Shown here: positions 21,190 to 34,419 of the stretch, in pieces
How positions within the stretch are numbered: position 1 is the first letter of the stretch
Layout of the letters: the number at the start of each line of letters is the position of its first letter
Source: Welwitschia mirabilis
Lineage: Eukaryota
DNA: 37,413 bases
Assembly (NCBI GenBank): GCA_051453625.1
Contig: JBOZIK010000001.1
Coordinates: 40,644,842 to 40,682,254, forward strand
Direction: 5' to 3'
The notes under the pieces: generated by a model
What the model saw: only the letters and a program-made list of their open reading frames with translations
What the model was told of the DNA's origin: nothing
Databases searched by the model: none
Program-made: the position numbers and the translations under genes

Positions 21190-24100
21190 TATGACACCCT
21201 AACTTTTCTTATTTTAATTAAGCATGATTTTTTTCTTTCTTTAATATTATTAACTAATAGACAAGGTAAAACCTAGGATCAAATTTTACTTATTCTTTAT
21301 TAGCATTTTTATATTCTAGGAAAAATAAAGCATATTGTTGTTATATGTTTACATATAAGTAATTTTTAAGTTATTTTGGTTCACAAACAACAACAATGTC
21401 ATAAGTTCGTGTCTTATGTTTTTTCCTAGTTTTTCGTCACATAGAGAGGCATCTTGTATATAGTTGTGGAGGTGCAAACTTGTTATAAAACATGCATAGA
21501 TATGTTTCAGCATAATACCTAACCAATATAATAAGAGGTTATAATTTGCATTAATGGCATTCCAACTCAATATCTGACCACTCTTCAAATGTGGGTTGCT
21601 TTTACTTTGGGCTCTAAGTTATACAAACATGTTGGGCTTACTTTATAGGCTTACATTTTACTTTGACATACCTCTAATACAGGTGACAGGTAGTACATGA
21701 GGTGCATGCATGCTTACAAGTAACCCCACTTCCTTACAACACCTCTGGATGGTACAACATGATCTATTGATGTTAAAGGCTTGAGATATTAAGTCGAAGT
21801 AAGTTCATACATAGGTAGGGTAAGAAAGTTGTGATCAAATTCACTTCTAGAAGGCTATTATAAAAAATGCAATGCAATCAACCTTGGTAATAAAACCCGA
21901 GTGTAAGATGATCATTGTTAGGATTATCTTGATTTAGTTTCGTTCGATGAATATACCACACAAAAGCATGCATATAATTCTATCTAATCTGGATATTTAA
22001 TAGATTATTTATTTAATTATAATACTTCTAATCATCATTGGGTTTGTTTTATAGAAACAATCATATAAATGAGAATCAAACATACTAGAACATCTTTATA
22101 CTTAGGATTATAGTAATGAAAATCTAAATAAAGGAAATATTTCTTTCTTATTTTCCACAATAATAATAACAATGTTCAAAATGTATCGAGTCATATCTTA
22201 ATAATATGCTTAAAGAAAACTAATTCATACCTAAAACTATGTTAATCTTAAAAGCATTCTTTCATGCTCATATGATAATCTACCATGGTTATGTGCAACG
22301 AAAACAAACAAAAGCAAGTATAGCTCAAGTATAGTTAATAAGACATAATTTTTTAATCTAAAACTCATAGCTATAGCATAAGTCAAGAAAATAAATGGTA
22401 AATCAAGAACTATTCAAGTTACTTAAAATACTAAGATAGAAACGTTTATAAGCATGTATATTCAAAGTAAGATAAAAGTGAAAAAGTAAAAGAAGAACTT
22501 TTCCTAACAAAATGTTACATATATACAATCTAAGTTAAAGTTACTAAGAAGAGCTCATCTTATATATTTGAATTATCTATATAAATTTATTTAATAATTT
22601 TTTTATAATTTAAAACATTAATTATAAGGTTGGTATGGCTTTAAAGAGATATCATAATTAAAAATTAATAAATAATTATCTATGAGGCAAAACATAAATT
22701 TTAATAGTTTTTCATAAACTAGACTCATAATAGGATCCTTAGAAAGTAACTTAAACTATTTTGGATTTTTAAAAGTGTTATTTCTAAGGTCATGATTTAA
22801 AATTAAAAACTGTGAAATTTGCCAAAATTACAGTGCTATGACACCACACTAAAATGATCGTAACTTTCAAAATGCTTCGAGTTTTTAAGTGACGTAATAT
22901 ATTTTGGAAAGATTATTTAATTCTCTGCAACTTGGGATACTTAGTATTTAAAATAGCTTAGCTAGTAGCTCTAAAAACTAAAATTAATTACTTATTATTT
23001 TCTACATTTATTTCCTAATCTATTTCACGGGTAATTTTCTTAAAAATTATTAGACATTAAAAAAATATTGTTTTTAAATTTATACACATAACATAATCTT
23101 GGACTTACAGAAAATTTTTATTAATTTATACCTACTATTTAATGAGCTACAGCGTTCTTAACCAATGCCTCTATTTTGGAAAATTTAACTTTCACTCTGT
23201 AAACATAGTAAAGATTCTACAAGTAGATATGAAATAATTAGAATCAATAAAACAATAAATATACTAGTTAAACTAAGTAAATATAGAAAAGAAAAATTAA
23301 TGCACAAAAGCATTTACAATAAGCCTCAAAAGTGTTACGAAGGAATAGTAGCCTAGAGAGATTTTGAAGTTTAGATTTTTTCCCTTAATAAAGTTAATTT
23401 AATACATAAGTGATAAAAAATGTAATATTAAATACGTATATTAATACAAAACAAACATGAGGACCCAATTTTTTATAGTGAACCCCTTGGTCACTTGGCC
23501 ATAATCATAAATTAGTAACCTCCATTACCAAGCCTAAGAAACCCTTCATTTTTTCCCTATGTCTTGGTGAGAGCTAATGAAAAGTAATAATTTTTTAACA
23601 TTATGCCATGATAACCATAAACAACTGTCTAATAAATTTTTATCAATCTACTAGAATCTTAGAAAAGATCATATAGACAACATGAGTAAATGAACTTATT
23701 TGGAAAGATTAATAATTTTTTGATAGATGAAGATTGCTTGAGTTTCAAGCTTCCTTAGCTCCAAGCTCCATAAGCAAGAGAATGAAAAGAAAGAGAGATG
23801 AAAGAAGGAAATGCATTTACATTGAAAATGGCAAGTATTTCCTTTTTATTTTATAAGAAAGGAAAGGTTTTCTATATATAACCAAACAAAAGTCACATGG
23901 TTTAAGATCATAGGATGATCTGATTTATCATTAAGAAATGAAATGAGTAATAAATGACATTGGAGTACAAAAAGAGACATCATATTTATGACTACTTAAC
24001 TAGGGTAAGTAATTTTTTTTACTTTAATTAGTAAGGTTAATTACATGCATCATTTCTTCATGTTAGCTTCTTAATTCTTTATAGGCTTATAAGCATTTTA

Positions 24101-24835
24101 ATTAATTCAAGGCATGCATCAAAAGAATAAATGAACAAATCTCAAGATTTCCATATGACATAATGAGAAAAACTCTTCAAGTCCAATGCACGAAATAATG
24201 AGAATGTCATAAATGCATAAATTTTAAGGTTATTATGTGATAATGAGATAATTCTTTTCAACGGCAATGAACAAACAAAAAATATGGTATGAATCAAGCA
24301 CTATTACACATCTTAAGAAAATAAAAATCATGGTAAAGTAAATCTGCTCATTTATTATTCTTCGTTCTAGGTAAAATTGCATGTACTTATTCACATACTC
24401 ATTTATTTCATGATGTATAAAATCTATCAATCACACAACACAAAAAAGAATATGTCTATTCACAATATAGTATATCTATCACATTTACTAAGAATTTAAA
24501 TGAGTAAATAAGATATAAGACATATTATTATATCCTCTTGAAATTTTCAATTTATTAGTTTTACCTTGTGATTTGAATTCCTTACACAATGGGGTTATTT
24601 AGTTTTAATATTTGGATAGTTTTAAATTATGAATTGCTTTTCTCATGAAAAATGTTTACAACATAATTATTATCATTTTTCATGTTGAATTATGGAAGTT
24701 ACGAAAACAAAGGTTAATTACTTAAAATACTATCTTATTTGACAAGGCATTTAAAGAAAAAGAATTCACCATCTAATTAAAGATTAACATTCTAATATCC
24801 TAGTAATTAAGGTTTACAAAATATAGGGTATGACA
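21190..24835 (-). mobile_element. Long (~3.6 kb) 3' LTR of a Tekay/Del chromovirus
   Basis: Terminal inverted repeats TATGACACCCTA (21190) and TAGGGTATGACA (24835), 9/12 complementary, matching the Tekay TGTxAxACCC..GGGTxTxACA type. Degenerate PPT (minus AAGTGCGAGAGGA) at 24836-24848, just past the chromodomain. Very AT-rich, with no convincing ORFs. Confidence 0.75.
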
Positions 24836-24919
24836 TCCTCTCGCACTTAGACTAATTTAGTCTTGGGAATGGAGATACATAAAGAGTTCTAAATTTAAAA
24901 CTGCATATTACGAAATTTA

Positions 24920-27900
24920 AAAAAGATTTGGGTATTGATTTTTTCATTGTTTTCTCTAGCTCCTAAGTAGCTTCATCAACAATATGATTATTCTACTTTA
25001 GCTTCACTTGAAGGATCTTCCTGTTTTGTAGATTGATAGTTTGACAGTCCAAGACTACTTCTAGTTTCTCTATAGTTCAACAATTTGGTTCTAGCTGAAT
25101 ATGAGACCAATTTAATATATAAAAAGGATCTGTAATATACATTCCTAGCATACTTACATGAAAAACATTATGCATGTGCCACAATTAAGGAGGTAGAATA
25201 AGTTTGCATGTAATAAGTCTAATTCTTTATAATATTTTAAATTGTCTAATGAACCAAGGAGCCAATTTTGATCTCTTAACTTCTTTCATTACTGATTTTA
25301 TTAGTGACACTTTAAGAAATACATGATTACCTATTTTGAAATCAAGATCTTTTCTTTAATAGTTTGCATACATCTTTTGTCTACCTACTACTTCTTTAAG
25401 TCTATTCTTAATGATCCTTATTTTCTTTTCCATTTCTTATAATATTTTTGGTCCTATAATTAATCTTTCTTTAGATTCTGTCCATGAAGTGGATACTCCA
25501 CACTTTTTACCAAATAGGAATTCAAATGGAGCCATTTGAATTAAACTCTTATAATTGTTATTATATGCAAAATCCACTAATGATAGGTACTTTTCTAACT
25601 CTTGGGATCATCTAAAATACATGCTTTAATAAAGTCTTCTAAAATTTGATCAACTCTTCTGCCTGGCCATCTATTTGAAGATGAAATGCAATGCTCATAT
25701 TTAACTTGGTTCCTGAACCTATTTGTAATTCTTGCCAAATCTTAGAAGTTAAATTTGAATCTCTATCAAATATAATTACTAAAGGCACACCATCCAACTA
25801 AATAACATTTTGAATATATACTTTAGCTATATTGTTAGCATCATAAGTAAATTTTACTAAAATGAAATGTGCTGATTCAGTGGTTCTATCAATTATCACC
25901 ATGATAGACTTATTACCTCTTTGATTTTTTGGAAGTCCTAAAATAAATTTTATGTAAATCACATTCCATTTTTATTCTGGAATATCATGAGAATAAAGTA
26001 ATCCTACTAGATCTCTATGTTCTGCTTTAAATTTTTGACAATTAAGATACTTAGTACAAATTCTACAATATCTTTTTTCATCCTTAGCCACCAAAATTTT
26101 TGTTTCATATTCTGATATATTTTAGCTGCTTTAGGATGAACTACTATAGGTGAATTATGAAATTCAAACATTAACTTATATCTAATTTCATCTATATTAA
26201 GGACCAAAAATTATTCCTTAAATTTAATAATACCATTTGATTTTATATTAAAATGCTATAAATAAATTATTTTTTTAATTTGTCTTTTAATTTTTGATAA
26301 TTCTCATCCTTTTCTTATCCCTCTAAAATAATGGCATATATTTTGCTTTGAATTTCTATGACAACTTTGAGGTAACTTTGTCTACTAACAATATCTGTAA
26401 TCTTGTTTCCCTCGCCTTAATGGTATAAAATATTTAGATTAGAATCACATAAAAATTTCATCTATTATATTTATCTAAAGTTTAAGTTTGGTTAAGTGAA
26501 ATTGTATTTTAGACTCTCATGATCTATCCAAACTTGAAACTTTACAACATAGAGATAATGTTTCAACTTTAGAGAAAAAATTACTATAGCTAATTCAAGA
26601 TCATGAATAGGATAATTTATCTTATATGTTTTAAGTTATCTTGATCCATAAGCTATTAGTCTTTTATCCTATTCAAGAACTACTCTAAGATCTTTTCTAG
26701 AAGCATCAGTATAAACTAAAAATATTTTTGAATCATTTAGCATTACTACAACTAGAGTACTAAAAAGGCATTCTTGAAGTGAATCAAATGATTGCTAACA
26801 TTTTACTGGCCATTAGAAGTTTTCATCTTCCTTTAAAAAACTTATTATTGAAGAAGCTATCTTAAAAAAGTTAAAGATAAATCAACAATAGTACCCAAAA
26901 AGACCAAGAAAGCTTCTAACTTCAGTAATATTTATAGCTGTTAATCTCTCTAATATTATCTTAAATTAACTGAAATACTTTTCTTAGATACTACATGACT
27001 TAAAAATTAAATGAATTCCTTCCACAAAGAGCATTTTTCCATGTTAGAATATAATTGGTAACTTCTAAAGGTTTGTTATACTATTCTCAAGTGTTTCTCA
27101 TGCTCTTCATAAGTCTTGGAATAAATGAAAATATCATTAATAAATACTATTATAAACAAATCAAGATGTGATTGAAAAATGTAATTCATTAAGACTCATA
27201 AATACTACAAGGGCATTAGTTAAACCAAAAGGCATAACAATGAACTCGTAATGCCCATAGCTAATTCTAAATGTTATCTTTTGAATATCTTCTTCCTTAA
27301 TTTGAACTTAGTCATATCTAGATTTCAGATCAACTTTTGAAAATACCTTAGCTTCTTTAAGCTGATTAAAAATGTCAACTATTTTTTGTAGTAGATACTT
27401 GTTCTTAATAATAACCTTATTTAGCTGTCTATAATCAATGCATAATCTGAGCATTCTATCTTCTTCTTTACAAATAACACTGGTGCTCCTTATGATGATA
27501 CATTAAGACAAATGAAACCTTTTTGTAAGAGTTATTTAAGCTAAATTCTTAATTCTTTCATTTCTATAAGAGACATTCTATAGAGTGCCTTAGAAATTGG
27601 TTGGACTCCTGGAATCAATTCAATAGAAAACTTAAATTTTTGAAATGATGAAATTCTTGGTAATTCTGTTATACATACAATAAGATATTTTTGGACTCTT
27701 GGTATATTTTTTTATTAAAGTTTCTCCTTCCTTCATGTAACTAATTTTAGGTATAGCATAAGAAATGATGATCTCTTCTTAGTTTCTCTTTTTGTATGCT
27801 TTACATTAATTAAATTATCCATAGTTAATTTGTAATAACCTTGAAAGATTAGTCTTTGACCTTGATTCATTACTTGTACTTGATGTTTTTCATAATTTAT

Positions 27901-28081
27901 AACTGCTCTATTTTACATCAACTAATTCATATCCAAAGCAATGTCATATTTTCCTAAGTTAATAATAATTAAACGTATCTAAAACTCTTCCTCACTTATA
28001 GATAAAGTACAATTTTAGACCTATTGGTTAACATTGGATATGGATTCATTTACTAGCTCTATGCATCCCTCAATTGAAGAA
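24920..28081 (-). pseudogene. pol: Heavily degenerate Tekay/Del Gypsy pol (protease end, RT, RNase H, integrase, chromodomain)
   Basis: [52 protein letters not shown] (catalytic D to N); VYTDAS; YPIHDLELA; EFHNSPIVVHPKAAKIYQNMKQKFWW..MKKDIVEFV; FAYNNNY..IQMAPFEFLFGKKC; chromodomain VKLK*NNHIVDEAT*ELE (~24950-25010). Confidence 0.92.
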
Positions 28082-29771
28082 TGTTGCAATGCCAAATTGT
28101 GTGTTTTTGATGGGGTATTTTGAGTAGTTTTATATGACATTTAGACAGGTTTGGGTGGATTTTAATGATTATTTAGAGTCAAGGAGAAGATCACAGAAAT
28201 GCACAATCACTAATACATTTGGAGGCATTTTGGATGATTTCTGATATTTAGCATTCTAGGAAGGAGTTAATGATCTTTAAGGCCATATTTAACTTGATGA
28301 AAGAGCTTCAAAAATACTGTTGTCCTCTTAATTGTCTAGACAACAGTACAGACGACAACATGTGTAAGCCAAGAAGGATGCTGACTGGACCAAAGATGGA
28401 AGCTAACATGAAACCTCTCTTAATGTGGCATCACCTCCACCATTGCCCGAATGACAGTCAGAATAATACCTAATTTTAGTCAATGCACCAAACTTCACCT
28501 AACTTCTACAATATGTCATGCACCTCTTATGTGTCATTAGGGTTTCTCTTGCATCTATTAGATTTGCTATTTTTAGAATGTTTTTATTGTAACAAATATC
28601 TCCTTCATCCTTGCTTTTACTTTCATCTTTTTTAGGACCTGAAGATCTCATGTAATAAAATATTTAAGGGTAGGAGGTTGGTCCATTATTACAAAGAGGG
28701 GTTTTCCTTANNNNNNNNNNNNNNNNNNNNNNNNNNNNNNNNNNNNNNNNNNNNNNNNNNNNNNNNNNNNNNNNNNNNNNNNNNNNNNNNNNNNNNNNNN
28801 NNNNNNNNNNNNNNNNNNNNNNNNNNNNNNNNNNNNNNNNNNNNNNNNNNNNNNNNNNNNNNNNNNNNNNNNNNNNNNNNNNNNNNNNNNNNNNNNNNNN
28901 NNNNNNNNNNNNNNNNNNNNNNNNNNNNNNNNNNNNNNNNNNNNNNNNNNNNNNNNNNNNNNNNNNNNNNNNNNNNNNNNNNNNNNNNNNNNNNNNNNNN
29001 NNNNNNNNNNNNNNNNNNNNNNNNNNNNNNNNNNNNNNNNNNNNNNNNNNNNNNNNNNNNNNNNNNNNNNNNNNNNNNNNNNNNNNNNNNNNNNNNNNNN
29101 NNNNNNNNNNNNNNNNNNNNNNNNNNNNNNNNNNNNNNNNNNNNNNNNNNNNNNNNNNNNNNNNNNNNNNNNNNNNNNNNNNNNNNNNNNNNNNNNNNNN
29201 NNNNNNNNNNNNNNNNNNNNNNNNNNNNNNNNNNNNNNNNNNNNTAATTTATGTTGGTTATGATTCTATGATAGCTTCATAGTTGATATAGATCATCAAG
29301 GGTAGTCTTTGTCAAGGTTAGAATCATTACATTAGGATCTTGCATTACATTACATTTTTCATTTCATAGTTTAATCATGGTATGTTTTCCATATTCTATT
29401 CAATGTACTTGATAGCTTAGATTGGTTAAGGTTAACAACAATTTCCTTGATTAATGTAGGTTATACAAGATCAATCTTTATAACAGAAATATTTGATAGT
29501 CAGATAGATATTGCATTTAGAGTAGATTTTCATTAGTGTGTTTACTTTTCATTATTTTCTTGCATCATTCTTTCTTTTCATTTTGAACATAAACAGAAAA
29601 TACCAAAAATACTCTGCTAAAATCAATTCTCTAACTTCGATCCTAGTCCCTTTGATAGATTATGACATTTAGATTTACTCCCATCTATACTAGTATGCAT
29701 GTTAGGCAAATATTTATGATTGGCATGATTTAACCAAGGACTTAATGATTGCATAAATATGCATTACAACA
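28082..29771 (+). mobile_element. 5' LTR of Athila-like element A (contains the gap at 28711-29244)
   Basis: Terminal inverted repeats TGTTGCAATGC ... GCATTACAACA (10/11). Starts where the Tekay protease frame breaks. Followed by a PBS. Confidence 0.8.
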
Positions 29772-29774
29772 TTT

Positions 29775-29792
29775 TGACGTTATTGTTGGGAA
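29775..29792 (+). promoter_or_regulatory. Degenerate PBS, tRNA-Asp type (Athila)
   Basis: TGACGTTATTGTTGGGAA vs TGGCGCCGTTGCCGGGGA: 11/18, all seven differences C>T or G>A; 3 nt after the LTR CA. Confidence 0.65.
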
Positions 29793-32647
29793 TGCCACAA
29801 GGAATTTGAAGATTGTTATTACCCAGATAAGTTGCTTGGATTCTGATTCAGGTTATTTATTTGTAGGAGCATTATATTTTTACGATATATGTCATAGTTT
29901 TTCTTTCTATAGTTTTCAATTTCCATTCCATAATAAAGTGTCTGTCATTCAAACGACACAAGCAAATGATGGCCTAAGGTTAGGGTTTTTTCTGTTAATT
30001 TTTTCACATTCTGTTTGTAGTTTTTTACTGCATAAATAGTCGATATTGTCTTCTTTGTTGTTCAGATGACATAGGAAGATGACTTACTATGTGTTTCTAT
30101 TTTGGTTTTCAGTGAATCTATTTTTTGTTTTCTCTATTTTTGTTTTTTGTTAAAAGGTCATCTAGGATATTGTCCAAATAACTACCAAGAGGATGTTTAC
30201 ACAAACATATTTTCTGAGCATGCGGGGACATGATAAAATGCGGTAAAAGAAAAAAGTTATCAGAGAAAACAAAGCTAGATCAAAGGAAATATCAGAAAAG
30301 GCTTACTTGACTACAAATAAAATTCAGGTATGCACATCTTAGGTACATAATTTGCAAGATTTAAATAAATTTTTTTTGCTTTTATTATTTTAGAGCCAAA
30401 TTTTTCAAAGATCAGTCTTGAAAATAATATAATAGAAACAAAATTGTTTTATCTCTTCTTTATTAATGAGTAGCGTTGCTTAATACAATCATGATAGAAA
30501 ACTCTATTTCAAATGTGAATGTTATAGTTGAAGAGTTAATTGCCAGAAGGAAACATGAAATTCAAAAGCCTTTTGACTTACCTTCTAGTGATGATGTAGA
30601 ACTTTGAACTAAGAATTCTTTTTTTTTTTCATCCTTCTCATCTACTTCTAAGAATAGTGATAAAAGAACCATTGGAGAAATATTGACTAAAAGAAGGGCT
30701 GAAAGAAGGACAAACAATAGAATTTTTTAGGATAATAATAAGAGTATACTTCGAGAAATATTGGTAGAAAGGAAAAACATAAGGATTTCAAAGGATAATG
30801 GAAAAAGAACACTTCGAGAAATATTTGTAGAAAGAATGTGGAAAATACCAAATGATTTTAAGACTAGGAATTGAGCCTATTCCTCTTTTCAATCTCCCTA
30901 TTTTTTCCCGCATTCTTTTTAAGATTCACATGAAAATAAAAATGATGATTTACAACATTTTAGGAATTCCACCTCATCTAGTAAAACATCCTACAATTAT
31001 TTTAGTAAATTACAAGCATCTTCCACAAACTATTACAAACAATAACTATCTCCTATCAATTATCATGAAGAATAAGATCCATTTACCATAAATTACTATG
31101 AAGAAAGAAATTACTATGCTAAAGAAATAATTGACGAAATGAAAAAGAGATAAGAAGATGCCAGTAAAAAAAATAGAAAATACCAATAAAAACCTAGAAA
31201 ATCTAATTGGGATGCTTTAACGAAATTCATTACAAAATTAACCATCTCAAGATTAGTTTATAACTAAAACCTATCCTACTACATCCCACCTTAAGAAGGA
31301 CGAAGAAAACTTAGAGATAAGTAATAACAATTCTTGCTTTAATCTAAAAGATGAAATTATGGATTAACCTACAACATATAATTTAGTAGGAGATGAAAAA
31401 TAAAAATAGAACAATCATGATTCACCTTCATTATTTAACAATATAAATAAACATGACTATTTATCAAATGATAACATACTAGATTATAATTCCATTCACT
31501 TTCTATTAGAAAATAACGATGAAATAAAAGAATTAGCTCATGAAAAATCTAAAAATTCTTAAATCCATGATGAAGATAATGATTACATTTATCCTTACAA
31601 TGAATCTAATAAATTAGAAAATGGTGACATGCAACATGGTAATGAGAAAGGTGAGGAAGAATATGATGATAACAATATTAAGATACTAAATCATATTCCT
31701 AGTTTTTACTTACTTTGTAATAAGGTGAATGAATCGAACCTTTTATTAAAGTCTAATATATGAGATTAAAAGAGAATTTATGTAATTAAGTGAAATAAAT
31801 GGAGAATTTACATAATAAAGGGAGTCGTCCACTTATGTCATCTAGACAATAGTCTTGGATGATAGTCAATGATAGCATTTTAATAAGAGATAATAAGGAT
31901 TACAGTTTAGAATTAACTGAATTATTCAATGTAGAGGAAGAAGAATTAACTCAAGAGATATCAAAAAATCTTCCATTCCATAATGAAGACAATGAGAAGT
32001 TTTCTTTTTACGATCTTTTTAATGATCTTTTTGATGAATCAACCAACTTAGAGAATGATAATAATCCTTAACAAAACAATAATGAGTTTAATCAAGAAGA
32101 GGAAGATATAGTCAATGATAGTGATAAAGACAATAAAGAAGAGGAAGATATTATCAAAAATAATAATGAAAAAAGTAAAGAAAGAATTCAACCAAGTAAT
32201 GATGAAGCCAACAATGTAGAGGAGAGGAATAAAGAAGAAAATATAGAAAATCAACCAAACTTAATGGAGAATAGACTTATACCTTCCAATGAAATAAACC
32301 AACTAAAAGAGTATACACTTATTTTTCCATCTTTTTCATTTGTACTTCTATGTAAAACCTTAAATTACATTCTTTCTTCTACTTTTACTTTCACATTACC
32401 TTGTGATTTTGACAATGATAACATTTCTCCTCTCCCATTTGAACATTTAAATAATTCTCCAAATCATATCCCTCTCTTGGATTTTAATGAAACACATAAT
32501 TATGAGGAATATACTTCTAAAATATCTCAATCTTTTCTTTTTAAAAATCCTTGTGAGGTAGAGAGTAACATCTTTTCCTCTTTTACAAAGTCCACTTTAC
32601 CTTATGGTTTTAATGATTATGCTTTTTAAAAGCAAAACTTGGGATCT
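29793..32647 (+). mobile_element. Internal region of Athila-like element A with remnants of a low-complexity (N/D/E-rich) ORF; no gag core or pol recognised
   Basis: T-rich leader, then A-rich + strand ORF fragments (31859-32071, 32264-32629), three RTLREIxxER-like peptide repeats (30665-30840) and a duplicated N[QK]EEEDI (32090-32160). Confidence 0.55.
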
Positions 32648-33694
32648 TGATGATGCGTCATGAATTTATAGTTATTTGATGGGGTTTTATAAACTGTTTT
32701 ACATTACATTTACACAAGTTTAGATGCAATTCTAAGGATTTTTGAGAATCAATAGAAGATCTTAGAAATGTGAAATTCTTAACAAGATTTAAAGCATTTA
32801 AGGCACATTCTGATACATAGAGCTTTAGAGAAAGATTAATGACAGAAAGACTAGCTTTTCTTTACTAAAATAAATGAAGAAAACCATTGTTCCCTATATC
32901 TTCCCCATGATAGATAGGATGACAAAACTTTTGCACCCTGATGTGGACTGCTGAGTTGTCTGCTGAGTCATCTTTTGTAAAGAGCCATCATGTTGTATGT
33001 AATCTGGATAATAATCAGGATGACCATTGTAATCGACTCTGAGAGCCAACCTTTCATCTATTTCTTTTCTGTAATGGAGTGCATTTTGAAGTGTCTTTTG
33101 TGTAATGGTTTTTCTTTTTAATCTTATAAATAAAACCCCCCTTCCACTCTTTTCTCCATCTTCAATGCATTAAAAATTCTCATGAAAAGAGATCGAAGGA
33201 CAGGAGATCCATCTCGAGAATTGTAAAAAGACATTTCCTTAGTGGAGGGTTGTGCATCTTCCATTGAGTCCTAGTTGTTTTGTAACCTAGATGTTTGATT
33301 CCTTTTAATACAAAAACTCTATTTTCATTATTGCATTTAGATTTATTAGATGTCCCTTATGGTTTATGTTGTCCTTGATCTAGTGACAATTTCATTGGTG
33401 ATATAGATCTTAAGGGTAACCTTTGTTAAGACTAAAGGAAAGTAGTTTAAATTTATTTTGCATTGCATTTATTTTAGTTACATTTGCATTTTCACTGTAT
33501 CTTTATTTTCTGTATTTTTTTTTTAAGTTTGGTTACATAATCTTTATTCTCCTCTCATAAGTATTCAATGAGACACGACATTTGGGTTTACTTCCAACTA
33601 TATTAGTGTGTTGTATTATGCAAGATATTTATTTTATTTGTAAATGATAGGATCTTTTTGAGTATTCACATTTATACAAATACGCAATGTAATA
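32648..33694 (+). mobile_element. 5' LTR of a related Athila-like element B
   Basis: Starts TGATGATGCGT; TATA ttataaata (~33125). Shares blocks with LTR A (tgatatagatc..aagggta..ctttgt.aag at ~33399 vs ~29284; gacattt.g.tttact.cc..ctata.tagt at ~33577 vs ~29664). Followed by a PBS. Confidence 0.7.
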
Positions 33695-33697
33695 AAT

Positions 33698-33715
33698 TAG
33701 CACCGTTGCTAAGGA
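33698..33715 (+). promoter_or_regulatory. Degenerate PBS, tRNA-Asp type (Athila)
   Basis: TAGCACCGTTGCTAAGGA vs TGGCGCCGTTGCCGGGGA: 13/18, transitions only. Confidence 0.75.
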
Positions 33716-34419
33716 ACACTACTGAGGAGCATGAGGATTGTTGTCATTTAGGTGAGTAAATCGAATTTTCATCAATTATTTATTCATAATGACGTTATAG
33801 TTTTATTAGAAACCATAGATTTTCTGTTTGTAGTTTTTTAGTTTTAGTTTTAGTAGTTAAATAACCGTTGTCTTCTCTATCATCCCCATGATAGTTAGGA
33901 CGATAGTCTGTAATTTCAGTTTTTATTTTCAGTTTTTATTTTTGGATTTTAGTTTTCTGTAATAAAATTAGTTTCTTTCAACTCCTTTGTCATCTAGATG
34001 ACTAGGAGAACAATAGCTAGTGGTTTTTAGTTTTCATCTTTCTGCTCTATTAAGTTTCTGTTTTCTGCTCTCTATGTTCATCATTCCTTCTGTCATCCCC
34101 ACGATAGTCAAGATAATAGTCTATTATTTTTGATCTTATTCTCTATTGTTTTCTATTTGTAGGATGCTATGATATGGTCAATTCAAAAAGAAGTATTGGA
34201 GAGAAACGCTATTAATAGAAAAGAACATTAGAGAAGGACTAAATCAGATCCTGTAGAAGAAAATCTAGAAGGAAAAAACTAGTTTACAATGTTGAGCACT
34301 GTCTAAAAGTAAAAAAAAGTTATAGGGTTCTTTACCCCTAGTCCTAATTCAAACCTTGCCTTCAAGGAATTATTAGCAAATACAAAATGAGAGATTTAAA
34401 CTCCTTTTGATCTACCCCC

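Noticed and set aside
28082..33694. LTR A and LTR B as the two LTRs of one intact element
   Set aside because: They differ in length and termini and share only patchy similarity. There is no PPT before 32648, and LTR B is followed by its own PBS and gag.
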